64,000 nt of DNA from an uncultured Candidatus Saccharibacteria bacterium (GTDB lineage Bacteria > Patescibacteriota > Minisyncoccia > Phycocordibacterales > UBA12088): the NCBI GenBank assembly GCA_964567265.1, contig CAZMLK010000001.1:523723-587722 (forward strand). Reading direction: 5' to 3'. Of this stretch, positions 38,319-47,140 are shown piece by piece; the stretch's first letter is position 1, and every line of letters starts with the position of its first letter. Made by a program: the position numbers and the translations under genes. Below the pieces are notes generated by a model that worked only from the letters and a program-made list of their open reading frames with translations, made no database searches and was not told the DNA's origin.

Positions 38319-39395
38319 CTATGAGAGGGGCTTCTCGGTCTGGATCGAGAGAACGAAGCCAAATGAGTTCACCACCGCCGGATAGCGTGCCCCTATACGG
38401 AGCTTCCTCCACGCATTTGGTGGCATGCTTCGCGAGACATCTTCCCCGTCGGCACCTCGGAATACCGCCGTGTACGTCTCGACGCGATGATCATCGCTAA
38501 TGCGAAGCGTCGGCGTCGGAACGAACACCGGCCATTTTGGATTGAAATCTTGTGCCTTTGCGGTAAGTGAACGATCCAATACCCACCGCATGACGTAATA
38601 CTCGGCGAAGCGATCAAATACCGGAACAGATTTATACTTGATCACTTTCTTCGGACCATAGACAGGTTCCGTGCAGAGCGTGACTTTCTTGAACCCGTTC
38701 TGGAGATTCCGTTCGCCGCAGTTACTTCCCGGAACATCGCGATGGCCGACGATCACCGATATTGTCTCAGTACCGTCTTCTACCTGCCGGAAACTGCGCC
38801 GCTTGTCGTACTGACGCGTGATCGTGGCGTCGCTGGGAAGCTGGTCAACCCATTCTTCCTTGTCGACCTTCTGGTACCGTTCAACATTGAGCGAGCGGTA
38901 CCATTCGACGCTCGCGAGCATCAGCGTCGTATCGGTCGTCTTCCAAAAGAAGAAGTAACCCAGGGTGAGTGCCGCCGCCACGGAAAGTGAGATAATTGCA
39001 GGAATCACCCATGTATTTCGGCTCGGGGTCTTCTCTGCTACATGGTCTGGGGCCCTCCTCCCATCAACTTCCCAGACTTTTACAAGCGTCGGCTTGTGCT
39101 TCGGGTCACCGAGTTTCTCGATCCCTTCCACATATCCGCAGCCAGGGCAGTGTTCTTCCTCTCCTTCTTTCTTGAGGTTCCGATTCGCGGTGCCGCATCT
39201 TTGACAAATCCAGAGTGCGCCTTCATCCGCTTGCGCGATGAGTGTGTCGTCGGTGACCACAACATCACCTTCGGATGCATCAGTGAAGACGACATGCTCG
39301 TCACGCGGACGCCCGCAGACACATTGCGAGACCCGCCCTTTATTTACGGTTCCGCATCCGCACGTCCACTCCATTTCAACGAGGACTTCTGTCAT
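38319..39395 (-). CDS. Membrane protein with an N-terminal cytoplasmic double zinc ribbon, one TM helix and a ~210 aa extracytoplasmic domain
   Basis: CGCGTVNKGRVSQCVCG and CQRCGTANRNLKKEGEEEHCPGCG are two C4 ribbons. A TM helix (WVIPAIISLSVAAALTLGYFFFW) is followed by a Trp/Tyr-rich domain. Confidence 0.6.
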   Translation of the reverse strand: MTEVLVEMEWTCGCGTVNKGRVSQCVCGRPRDEHVVFTDASEGDVVVTDDTLIAQADEGALWICQRCGTANRNLKKEGEEEHCPGCGYVEGIEKLGDPKHKPTLVKVWEVDGRRAPDHVAEKTPSRNTWVIPAIISLSVAAALTLGYFFFWKTTDTTLMLASVEWYRSLNVERYQKVDKEEWVDQLPSDATITRQYDKRRSFRQVEDGTETISVIVGHRDVPGSNCGERNLQNGFKKVTLCTEPVYGPKKVIKYKSVPVFDRFAEYYVMRWVLDRSLTAKAQDFNPKWPVFVPTPTLRISDDHRVETYTAVFRGADGEDVSRSMPPNAWRKLRIGARYPAVVNSFGFVLSIQTEKPLS

Positions 39396-39533
39396 GCAAC
39401 GCTCCCTATATGCAGGAGTTGTATCTCAAAATATAGAGCATTAATTATTCACATTTGTCAATGTTTCGCCGCGCTTGCCGTCGAACTCAAGAAACGAGGC
39501 CACCGCTTTTGAGGCGATGGCCGGTTGCATCAA

Positions 39534-39965
39534 TTATGCAGATTGGCGGATATGCTCATCCGCGAACAGTGGCGCTGGGAGCAGGCAGGTTGCCGCAGAT
39601 GCGCCGAAGGCTAGGCGGAAATCTTCCGGTGAAGCAACAAATCTCGCTTCTGCGCGCATCTGATTGAGATCGAAACTTGCGAACGGAACATGGAATGTGT
39701 CTTCGACACGAGTCAGGTTCCCCTCTTCGATCAGCCTGCGCAAATCGGGGTGCGTGCCTGTGAAGTATCCGCCGATCCTCTGATTCCTGATGATTTCGTT
39801 GGCGGAACAGAAAGTGAATACCGAGAACGCAGGAGTCCTGACCCTGAGGGTGCGCCAGGTCGCTTCGTTACTGAGACACCCCTTGTGTTCTCGCAGCTTC
39901 TGGCGATGGATTTCCGTCATCACTGCTGTGACATCACCGTTGGTGCACACATGGAGATTGGGCAC
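39534..39965 (-). CDS. Hypothetical protein (143 aa)
   Basis: ORF only. Competing antisense ORFs exist. Confidence 0.25.
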   Translation of the reverse strand: MPNLHVCTNGDVTAVMTEIHRQKLREHKGCLSNEATWRTLRVRTPAFSVFTFCSANEIIRNQRIGGYFTGTHPDLRRLIEEGNLTRVEDTFHVPFASFDLNQMRAEARFVASPEDFRLAFGASAATCLLPAPLFADEHIRQSA

Positions 39966-40022
39966 GTGTTTCGCCTCACTGGGGTTTCTTGCGGATTGCT
40001 CCGCTCCGGCACTGTATTAACA

Positions 40023-40673
40023 CTATTTTGACTTCGTGTCAATCTTCCACGCCTCGATCTTTTTGTGGTCACCGGAGAGAAGCACCTTTGGGACTTTGTA
40101 CTTCTTCCCTTTCCAAACAAGAACTTCAGGGCGCGTATAGACTGCATGCGAGGAGATGCGGTTCTCCTCGAGCGAATCGAACGAGCCGAGCACACCTTCG
40201 ATCTGGCGCGAGATGGAATCGACGAAGATCATCGCGGGGAGTTCCCCACCAGTGAGCACATAAGGCCCAACCGAATATTCCTTTGCACGGAGAATCTTCT
40301 GGACACGGGCATCAATGCCTTCGTATCGGCCGCAGATCATGACGATGTGCTTGTACTTCTTTGCAAATGATTTGGCATCCGTGGTCTCGAACTGCTTGCC
40401 GCCGGGTGAAAAGAAAATGACCGCCACTTCCCTGCGAGACTTCTTGCCAACCGCTTTGTCGACGGCCTTCAAGACGGATTCCGGCTCGATGACCATCCCC
40501 GGACCGCCCGCGTACGGACGGCGGTCGATCCGCTTCCATTTGTCCTTGGTGAAATCACGCGGGTTGTACAAAGACACGCGGATCTTCTTATCCTCAATGG
40601 CGCGCTTGATGATGGACTCTCCCAAGTACGAAGTGAACGCATCCGGGAAGAGTGTGACGATATGAAAATGCAT
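40023..40673 (-). CDS. trmD: tRNA (guanine37-N1)-methyltransferase
   Basis: MHFHIVTLFPDAF..., GRYEGIDARV and VLTGGELPAMIFVDSI are the SPOUT/TrmD signature motifs. Confidence 0.95.
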   Translation of the reverse strand: MHFHIVTLFPDAFTSYLGESIIKRAIEDKKIRVSLYNPRDFTKDKWKRIDRRPYAGGPGMVIEPESVLKAVDKAVGKKSRREVAVIFFSPGGKQFETTDAKSFAKKYKHIVMICGRYEGIDARVQKILRAKEYSVGPYVLTGGELPAMIFVDSISRQIEGVLGSFDSLEENRISSHAVYTRPEVLVWKGKKYKVPKVLLSGDHKKIEAWKIDTKSK

Positions 40674-40796
40674 GAGGCTACCCTACGATAGAATCGCGAA
40701 AGACACAAGTATGTTAGTGAGTCAAGAGCGGTGGCAGAGACTAAAACCGCAAAGGCGCGGGCGTTCGCCCGCGCCTTTGTGTGTTGTTGTAAAAGC

Positions 40797-41120
40797 TTAG
40801 AATTTCAGAGCTTCCATCGCTTCGTCCACGGTCTTCGTTGCAGAGGTAGAAATCGGAGCCGACTTGAGGCCGCCGACCGGCTCGTTCACCTTGAGGTTCA
40901 CGCGCGCGTTGTTCTTCATGCCGACGACGCGCAAGAGGGTTCGAATCGCCTTCGCGGTATTCCCGGAACGGCCAATCACCTTGCCCATGTCTTCGGAACT
41001 CACATCGAGCGTGAGGAGGACTCCCATTTCATCGACGGTGCGCACGATCTTCACATCATTCGGATGATCGACGAGCGACTTCACCACGTACTCTAGAAAC
41101 TCCTGATCCCGTTCTGTCAT
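40797..41120 (-). CDS. KH-domain RNA-binding protein (KhpA/YlqC family)
   Basis: DMGKVIGRSGNTAKAIRTLL contains the GxxG KH loop. The gene lies between rpsP and trmD, where KH or RimM genes normally sit. An alternative in-frame start at 41183 has a strong GGAGGGAGG RBS. Confidence 0.8.
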   Translation of the reverse strand: MTERDQEFLEYVVKSLVDHPNDVKIVRTVDEMGVLLTLDVSSEDMGKVIGRSGNTAKAIRTLLRVVGMKNNARVNLKVNEPVGGLKSAPISTSATKTVDEAMEALKF

Positions 41121-41289
41121 TGTCGTATTCGAATCTGTTAAAAGGTATTGAAATACTGTAGTTCCTTCGCCGGCGTGATACATGCCTCCCTCCACCGAAT
41201 CATCTATCACAAATCAGAAAGAATACAGCGGCGAGGCAACGCGCCTCTTCAGAAATTGTACTCTACACCGACCATTGCGCGCAATTCAG

Positions 41290-41315
41290 AGACACGGGGA
41301 GAAGTGTCTTTTTTT
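41290..41315 (+). terminator. Orphan plus-strand hairpin plus T8 (GACAC-ggggagaa-GTGTC-TTTTTTTT), on the strand opposite the rpsP operon
   Basis: Read directly from the sequence. No plus-strand gene lies upstream. Confidence 0.3.
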
Positions 41316-41318
41316 TGG

Positions 41319-41708
41319 TTACGCTGCCGCAACTTCCTCCACCACTTCTTCTGCAGCGGGCGCTTCAGAAACTTCTGGGGCTGCTTCTGCCTTCGGTGCA
41401 GCTGCAGGGGCAGCCGCGACAGGCACTTCCTTGACCGGTACGGTCTTCTTCGGAAGGACATTGATCTTCTTGCCCTTGATGATTTCCTTGGAGACGAGGA
41501 AATTGTGGACCGTGTCGGATACCTGGGCGCCATTCGAGATCCAAAGCTTGATGCGCTCTGCATTGAGCTCGATGGTACCCGCCTTCGGGTTGTACGAACC
41601 GACCATCTCGAGATAGTTCGCCTTCGGGCCACGCTTGGAGTCGGTCACGACAACGCGAAAAGCCGGGTCATTCCGGCGTCCGACTCGCTGTAAACGAATG
41701 ATAATCAT
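41319..41708 (-). CDS. rpsP: 30S ribosomal protein S16 with an Ala/Pro/Glu-rich C-terminal extension
   Basis: MIIIRLQRVGRRNDPAFRVVVTDSKRGPKANYLEMVGSYNP is canonical S16. Confidence 0.95.
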   Translation of the reverse strand: MIIIRLQRVGRRNDPAFRVVVTDSKRGPKANYLEMVGSYNPKAGTIELNAERIKLWISNGAQVSDTVHNFLVSKEIIKGKKINVLPKKTVPVKEVPVAAAPAAAPKAEAAPEVSEAPAAEEVVEEVAAA

Positions 41709-41711
41709 GTG

Positions 41712-41746
41712 AGCGGTACTCTACCAAATAAAGGCAAAAGGGTCAA
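41712..41746 (-). promoter_or_regulatory. rpsP promoter: TTGACC, 17 nt, TAGAGT, then 9 nt to the ATG (leaderless or near-leaderless)
   Basis: Minus strand reads TTGACCcttttgcctttatttggTAGAGTaccgctcacATG. Confidence 0.55.
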
Positions 41747-41795
41747 CAAAAGGGTGAATTAGGGCCGATTTTGAGGGAAATGCAGGAAAATTAAA

Positions 41796-41834
41796 GGGGC
41801 GGGCCGTTGTGGCGACGGCCCGCCCTTGTTTTTG
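41796..41834. terminator. Strong GC hairpin (GGGCGGGCCGT-tgtggcg-ACGGCCCGCCC) with T-rich flanks on both strands
   Basis: 11 bp GC stem. Followed by TTGTTTTTG on plus. The minus strand has CTTTAATTTTCC after the stem. Confidence 0.5.
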
Positions 41835-42151
41835 TAGCCCTGTTCTGAAGACCAGCTGTCAGTTCTGGCCAACTACTAGGACTACCTTCGTTCCCCGTAT
41901 TTGTACCATAGGGCCCATGAGGATGCAATGAATTATCCACAGGTCCCGCAGGCTGATTTTGGACATAAAAACAAGCCTGCTTCCGAATGGAAACAGGCGG
42001 TCTGTATGGGGCGTGGCCTCCCAAAGTGGGAGGAAAAAGCGGGCAATTGCCGCAACAAAATGAAAGAACTGAAAGGACAGCCTTCAGTATGCTCCTCTCG
42101 AAAAGAGCGCGCAAGGCGGATATCCACTCTCTCTGCTATACTGCCCTCACC

Positions 42152-44125
42152 ATGAGGAACCACAAAAAGGGCCACGAAGGCCACAAGGGTACGGCGAAGG
42201 AGCAGGTAGGAGTCATCAGCATTACCTCAAAAGGAACCGGCTTTGTATCGATTCCCGGACACACGGAGGACATTGAGATCCAGCCGGAGCGTACGTTGAC
42301 CGCGCTTCATCGAGACACAGTCGAGATCACCATCCTTGATGAGAAGCGCGGCCGGCGCGTCCAGGGCAAGGTTGATCGTATCGTGCGGCGCGCGAAGGAC
42401 ACTTTCGTGGGTTCGCTCCACCAGGAAGGCGAGAGTCTCATTCTCGTGTCTGACGAGCGGAAGATGCGCACCCACATCAGGGTCCGCGCACCGTTTCCGG
42501 AGGATGCAAAAACCGGCATGAAGGCTGTCGTCAAAATGTATGAATGGGAAAACGCTGCGGAGCTCCCCGAAGGAAAGATCCTCGAGGTCATCGGCAAGGC
42601 GGGAGCGCACGAAACCGAGATGCGCGCGATCGTGATCGCGCAAGGCTTCGCGACCAACTTCCCTCCTGGCGTCGAGGACGAGGCGGAGAAGATCCGCGTT
42701 TCCAAGAATGAATTCCAGGCTGCCGAGATGCCAAAGCGCCGCGATATGCGCGGCTCAACCACCTTCACTATCGACCCTGCGGACGCGAAGGACTTCGACG
42801 ACGCGATCTCGGTGAAGGAGCTCGAGGACGGTGCCGTCGAGATCGGCGTCCATATCGCCGACGTGTCAGCGTACGTCACGCCAGGTGATGCCATCGATGT
42901 CGAAGCCGAGCATCGCGGCACCTCGATCTATCTCGTCGACCGCACCATCCCGATGCTTCCCGAAGTGCTCTCGAACGATGTCTGTTCGCTCAATCCGCAC
43001 GAGGACAAGCTCACGTTCTCCGCCGTCTTCGTCTTCAACAAGCACAAGGAGATCGAGAGCGAGTGGTTCGGCGAGACCGTCATCAACTCCGACCACCGCT
43101 TCGCCTACGAGGATGCTCAGAAGATTTTGGATGCAAAGGAAGGGACCCTGTACCGGGAGCTCGAGCTCGCGAACGGCATCTCAGAGAAGCTGCGCGCAGA
43201 GCGCTTCAAGGAGGGCTCGATCGCGTTCGAGACCGACGAGGTCAAGTTCCGGCTCGATGAGCACGGCAAGCCGCTCAGCGTGTACTTCAAGGAACGCCAG
43301 GCAACGAACCTCCTCATCGAGGACCTCATGCTCCTCGCCAATAAAAAGGTCGCGACCTTCGCGACTAATTTTTACAACAAGCTGAAGAGCGAGCAGCCAG
43401 TCTTCGTGTACCGCATCCACGACCAGCCGCGCGCGGAGCGCATCCAGGAGCTCGCGAACTTCCTGAAGGCGATCGGCTACGAGCTCGACAAGAACCACGA
43501 CGGCGTCATCGAGGCGACCGACATCAACGCGCTCTTTAAGGAAATCCAGGGCAAGCCGGAGCAGGGACTCATCGAGACTGCGGCCGTGCGCTCGATGGCG
43601 AAAGCGATCTACTCGACCAAGAACATCGGCCACTTCGGGCTCGCATTCAAATTTTATACGCACTTCACTTCCCCGATCCGACGCTACCCCGACCTCATGG
43701 TGCACCGCATCCTGAAGCAAATCCTTTCAGGCAATCATCCCTCAGGCAAGGACCTCGGCAAGTACGACGTCCTCTGCGCACATGCATCCGAGCGCGAAGT
43801 TGCGGCAGTCGAGGCCGAACGCGATTCGGTCAAATACAAGCAGGTTGAATTCCTCCGCGGCCGCGTCGGCGAATCATTCGACGGCATCATTACCGGCGTT
43901 GCCGAGTGGGGCCTGTATGTCGGCGAGATCACCACGAAGGCAGAAGGACTCCTCCGCATCCGCGACATCGGCGACGACTACTACACCCATGACGAGAAGA
44001 AATACTGCCTCCGTGGCGAGCGCACCGGGAAGACCTATTCCCTCGGCGACAAGATCCGTGTGACCCTCGCGGCAGCCGACCTTGAGGAAAAGACGCTGAC
44101 CTGGAAGCCTGAAGTTGTCAAATAG
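42152..44125 (+). CDS. rnr: Ribonuclease R (RNB-family 3'-5' exoribonuclease with N-terminal OB and C-terminal S1 domains)
   Basis: RNB catalytic motifs (FTIDPADAKDFDDA, GTSIYLVDRTIPMLP) and a C-terminal S1 (GESFDGIITGVAEWGLYV). Start at MRNHKK. A TATACT box lies 9 nt upstream. Confidence 0.95.
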   Translation: MRNHKKGHEGHKGTAKEQVGVISITSKGTGFVSIPGHTEDIEIQPERTLTALHRDTVEITILDEKRGRRVQGKVDRIVRRAKDTFVGSLHQEGESLILVSDERKMRTHIRVRAPFPEDAKTGMKAVVKMYEWENAAELPEGKILEVIGKAGAHETEMRAIVIAQGFATNFPPGVEDEAEKIRVSKNEFQAAEMPKRRDMRGSTTFTIDPADAKDFDDAISVKELEDGAVEIGVHIADVSAYVTPGDAIDVEAEHRGTSIYLVDRTIPMLPEVLSNDVCSLNPHEDKLTFSAVFVFNKHKEIESEWFGETVINSDHRFAYEDAQKILDAKEGTLYRELELANGISEKLRAERFKEGSIAFETDEVKFRLDEHGKPLSVYFKERQATNLLIEDLMLLANKKVATFATNFYNKLKSEQPVFVYRIHDQPRAERIQELANFLKAIGYELDKNHDGVIEATDINALFKEIQGKPEQGLIETAAVRSMAKAIYSTKNIGHFGLAFKFYTHFTSPIRRYPDLMVHRILKQILSGNHPSGKDLGKYDVLCAHASEREVAAVEAERDSVKYKQVEFLRGRVGESFDGIITGVAEWGLYVGEITTKAEGLLRIRDIGDDYYTHDEKKYCLRGERTGKTYSLGDKIRVTLAAADLEEKTLTWKPEVVK

Positions 44126-44201
44126 CTCCAAATCTGGCTAGATAAAGCCAGACTTTGTTTGTATCTTTGAAATCTCCATCCCCACATGGAAAGGACGCGT
44201 C

Positions 44202-45926
44202 ATGTCTCGTTTGAACGATGATGTTGGACTCTTGCCGATCGATCCGATCGCGCGTTTTCGCGACGCGGCCGGGCGTGTCGGTTTTGAGCTCAGCGATATC
44301 GAAATCGCAAGCCTGGGAATCCAAAAATCTACCGGCGTTCTTGCGTCGGCGGATGATTTCCTTGAAGGCAAAGTAACCCCCTCTGAACGCGCGACGGTTA
44401 ACAGAAATCTCCTCGAGGCCGCGCGCATGCTCGATGCCGGCAATGACGGCATCGGCTGGCTAGCCGGCTCTGAGCGGAAAGGGCCGAAGGGCTCGAATGT
44501 GTATCCACCGAAAGGAAAGGAAGTTCACCTGAGCGGCGGCGCAGATAGTCAGCCGCCCCCGGCCTCGAAACCTCCGACAGATACCACCGCACTTGCGGCG
44601 GCGCTCGAAAAGGCCCGGCAGGCGCAGGTTCCTCCAGAACCTGCGCCTGCTCCCCCGACAATCGTGGCGGCTCCCGCAACTGCCGTGAAGGACGACGAGC
44701 CAGGATCCTTGGAGGCAGCAGTTCTCCGATTCACGATGCCTGGCTCGAAAATCGTCGAGATTTCAGCAAATCCAGACGATTGGCCTCGAACCCTTCATGC
44801 GACTGGGCATGTCCCGCATTCCGCAGTCATGCTCAATCCAAACCAACCGCGACAATTCGTCGATGACGAATTCGTCGGGGATCTCGCGGCCAGCCTGACT
44901 GAGGGCAGCACATGTCCTCCAATCGTCGTCTGCGTGCGTTCAACTGAAGAACGCGAGGAATCTAATCCAGATGTCCTGTATCGCACCATCGCCGGCGAGC
45001 ACCGGTGGATCGCGCACGAGCTGGCTCAGATCCCGTTGATCGAGATCACGGTTCGCGAGCCGGCGAGCCCGCAGGAAGAATTCCTTGCGGCGCTCATCGA
45101 CAACAACACCTCTCCGCTCACGGATGTTGACCGCGCGCTTGCGGTCGCGAAGGTTGCTGCAGATTTCAATCTCAATTCTGTCGCAGCGATCGCCAAAAAG
45201 GTCGGGTACGACCAGCCGCTCACGGCAGCGCTCATGCATATCGCCTCCCTTCCAGACGAAGTGCATGCGTTCATGCATCCCGGACGGAAGACGGCGGAAC
45301 GGCTCAAGCGCCAGCCGGCAGTCGCGCTCGCGAAATTCACGCTCATCCCCAGCATCAAAGTACAGCTGGCAAAAAGAATGCTCGCCGAAGTCGGCATGAA
45401 GAATGCGGGAACGCAGGTGCGCTGGCTCCACCGCGAGGCGGAGCAATACGGTACCGGAGGCGATGGTGCGTCACGCCGCCGTTCCCCGAAGGAAGCATTG
45501 GCGCTCATCAACAGCCTGCTGTCCGCGATCAACAATCGACGCGGGGTCCTCGGCGAATTCAAGATGTCCATACCGGACTGGCTCGAAGTGATTCAACAGT
45601 CCTACGGTGTCGACCATGTGCTCGCGGAACTTCGTGAAGCATCTGAGCGGCTCCAGCGGTTTGCCACAATCATCGAGACCTCGACGAATGGCGCCGAGGC
45701 TTCAAGGCGGGAAACGCTTGCCCGTGTCCTCCCCGACACCATTCAAGTCGATTACTTGGACGATGCCGGCAAGGTACGGAGGGGAGAATTCGTCGATCAT
45801 CGCACCTATCTGCGACTCCATGACCAAAAGAAGCTGACCTGGAGAAAATTCGGCTGGAAGCGGCCTTCCGATCAGCCTCCGATTGGATCCGTGCGAGACA
45901 TGCTTTCCGCGAACAAGCTCCAGTAA
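44202..45926 (+). CDS. Standalone ParB/sulfiredoxin-fold (ParB N-terminal nuclease-like domain) protein, 574 aa, with no adjacent parA
   Basis: VLYRTIAGEHRWIAHELAQIPLIEITV matches ParB box II (YxLIAGERRxRAAxxAGxxxIP) with His replacing the first Arg. A GGAAAGGA RBS precedes the ATG. The N-terminal 100 aa and C-terminal 240 aa helical regions are unassigned. Confidence 0.55.
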   Translation: MSRLNDDVGLLPIDPIARFRDAAGRVGFELSDIEIASLGIQKSTGVLASADDFLEGKVTPSERATVNRNLLEAARMLDAGNDGIGWLAGSERKGPKGSNVYPPKGKEVHLSGGADSQPPPASKPPTDTTALAAALEKARQAQVPPEPAPAPPTIVAAPATAVKDDEPGSLEAAVLRFTMPGSKIVEISANPDDWPRTLHATGHVPHSAVMLNPNQPRQFVDDEFVGDLAASLTEGSTCPPIVVCVRSTEEREESNPDVLYRTIAGEHRWIAHELAQIPLIEITVREPASPQEEFLAALIDNNTSPLTDVDRALAVAKVAADFNLNSVAAIAKKVGYDQPLTAALMHIASLPDEVHAFMHPGRKTAERLKRQPAVALAKFTLIPSIKVQLAKRMLAEVGMKNAGTQVRWLHREAEQYGTGGDGASRRRSPKEALALINSLLSAINNRRGVLGEFKMSIPDWLEVIQQSYGVDHVLAELREASERLQRFATIIETSTNGAEASRRETLARVLPDTIQVDYLDDAGKVRRGEFVDHRTYLRLHDQKKLTWRKFGWKRPSDQPPIGSVRDMLSANKLQ

Positions 45927-45981
45927 TAGTTGCGCCACTTCGACCGCAGATTCCCAATCAGGGAATCTGCGGTCTTTTTCA

Positions 45982-47106
45982 TCAGTGATGATGCCCTCCC
46001 TCTGCCTTCGCGTCAGCACGGAGCCAGATCGCGAACAGGGTCGAGAGCGGGACCGCGAGCGTGAGCGCGGCAGTTCCGACAACGGTACGTATAATCTCCG
46101 TCGCGAAGATCTCCTGGTTGATGAGGATGCCGATCGGCGTGTCGAGGCGTGAGATGAGGAGGAGCAAAGGAAGCGATGCACCGGCATATGCGAGCGCGAG
46201 CGTATTCACGAGCGCGCCCACATGCTCCTTTCCTACGGCCATGGCACGCCGATACAGTTCTTTTTTTGAAAGCCCAGGATTCGCATGCCTCAGTTCCGCC
46301 ACCGTCGCTGCCTGCGTGATCGCGATATCGTCAAGGATGCCGAGGACGCCGATGATGATGGCTGCAAGGAGGAGGCCCTGCATGTCCAAAGCACCGCTTG
46401 TCGAGATATTCAGATAGACTGATTCTTCTGCGGAAAATCCAGACAGCCGGGCAGCCCAAACGGCAATCGACGCGAAGATCCCCGTGAGCATGATGGTGAG
46501 AGCGGTACCAAGGAACGCTGCGTGCGTCACTCGATTCCAGCTATGTGTGAAGTACATGACGCCACCAAGTATGAGCGCTGCGACTATGACGGCTGTCCAG
46601 ACCGGCGGGTATCCTTTGAGGAGGAGCGGCAGCAAGACCAAAATGATTCCTGCGAGGCTTGCTCCGAGTGCGAGGAGTGAACGGATGCCGACCCATCCCG
46701 CGAGAAGGATAACGATCGCTGCTCCGATCACCGAAATGACAAGAAGCGACTTCCGGCGGTCGACATCCTGGAGAAAGTATGCGGAGGTCCCTTCGGGATA
46801 CGATTGTTTTACCAGAAGGAACCGATCTCCAGCGCGCACCGCGACGTAGTCATTTCGCACCTCGACTATCTGCCCTTTTTCCGGTCCTTCCAGAATTTCT
46901 GCGCGGAGTATCTGCTCCTGGCGGATGGTGTCCGTACCAGGAATGGTTGAGGGGGATTGAGAGACGATGGCCAGCACTTCTGCTGTCGAGACGGTCGAGA
47001 CCATTTCCGGATCCTCCGGTGCCGCGAAAAGTGGCATGCCCGGAAGCATGAGCCCGCACATGAACAATATGATGCCGGGTATATGGTACCAGCGCGCAGT
47101 CTTCAT
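45982..47106 (-). CDS. YibE/F-family integral membrane protein
   Basis: A periplasmic N-domain is followed by about 8 TM helices. The overall pattern resembles pfam YibE_F. The chosen start MKTARWYH avoids overlap with the upstream gene. Confidence 0.6.
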   Translation of the reverse strand: MKTARWYHIPGIILFMCGLMLPGMPLFAAPEDPEMVSTVSTAEVLAIVSQSPSTIPGTDTIRQEQILRAEILEGPEKGQIVEVRNDYVAVRAGDRFLLVKQSYPEGTSAYFLQDVDRRKSLLVISVIGAAIVILLAGWVGIRSLLALGASLAGIILVLLPLLLKGYPPVWTAVIVAALILGGVMYFTHSWNRVTHAAFLGTALTIMLTGIFASIAVWAARLSGFSAEESVYLNISTSGALDMQGLLLAAIIIGVLGILDDIAITQAATVAELRHANPGLSKKELYRRAMAVGKEHVGALVNTLALAYAGASLPLLLLISRLDTPIGILINQEIFATEIIRTVVGTAALTLAVPLSTLFAIWLRADAKAEGGHHH

Positions 47107-47140
47107 TGTGTACATTTGTGGCACGTTCGGCAGAATATTC

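Noticed and set aside
41960-42010. Hairpin GCCUGCUUCC-GAAU-GGAAACAGGC reminiscent of SRP RNA helix 8 (GGAAGCAGCC)
   Set aside because: It forms a perfect 10 bp stem without the conserved asymmetric and symmetric internal loops of SRP RNA domain IV, and no flanking SRP-like helices were found.
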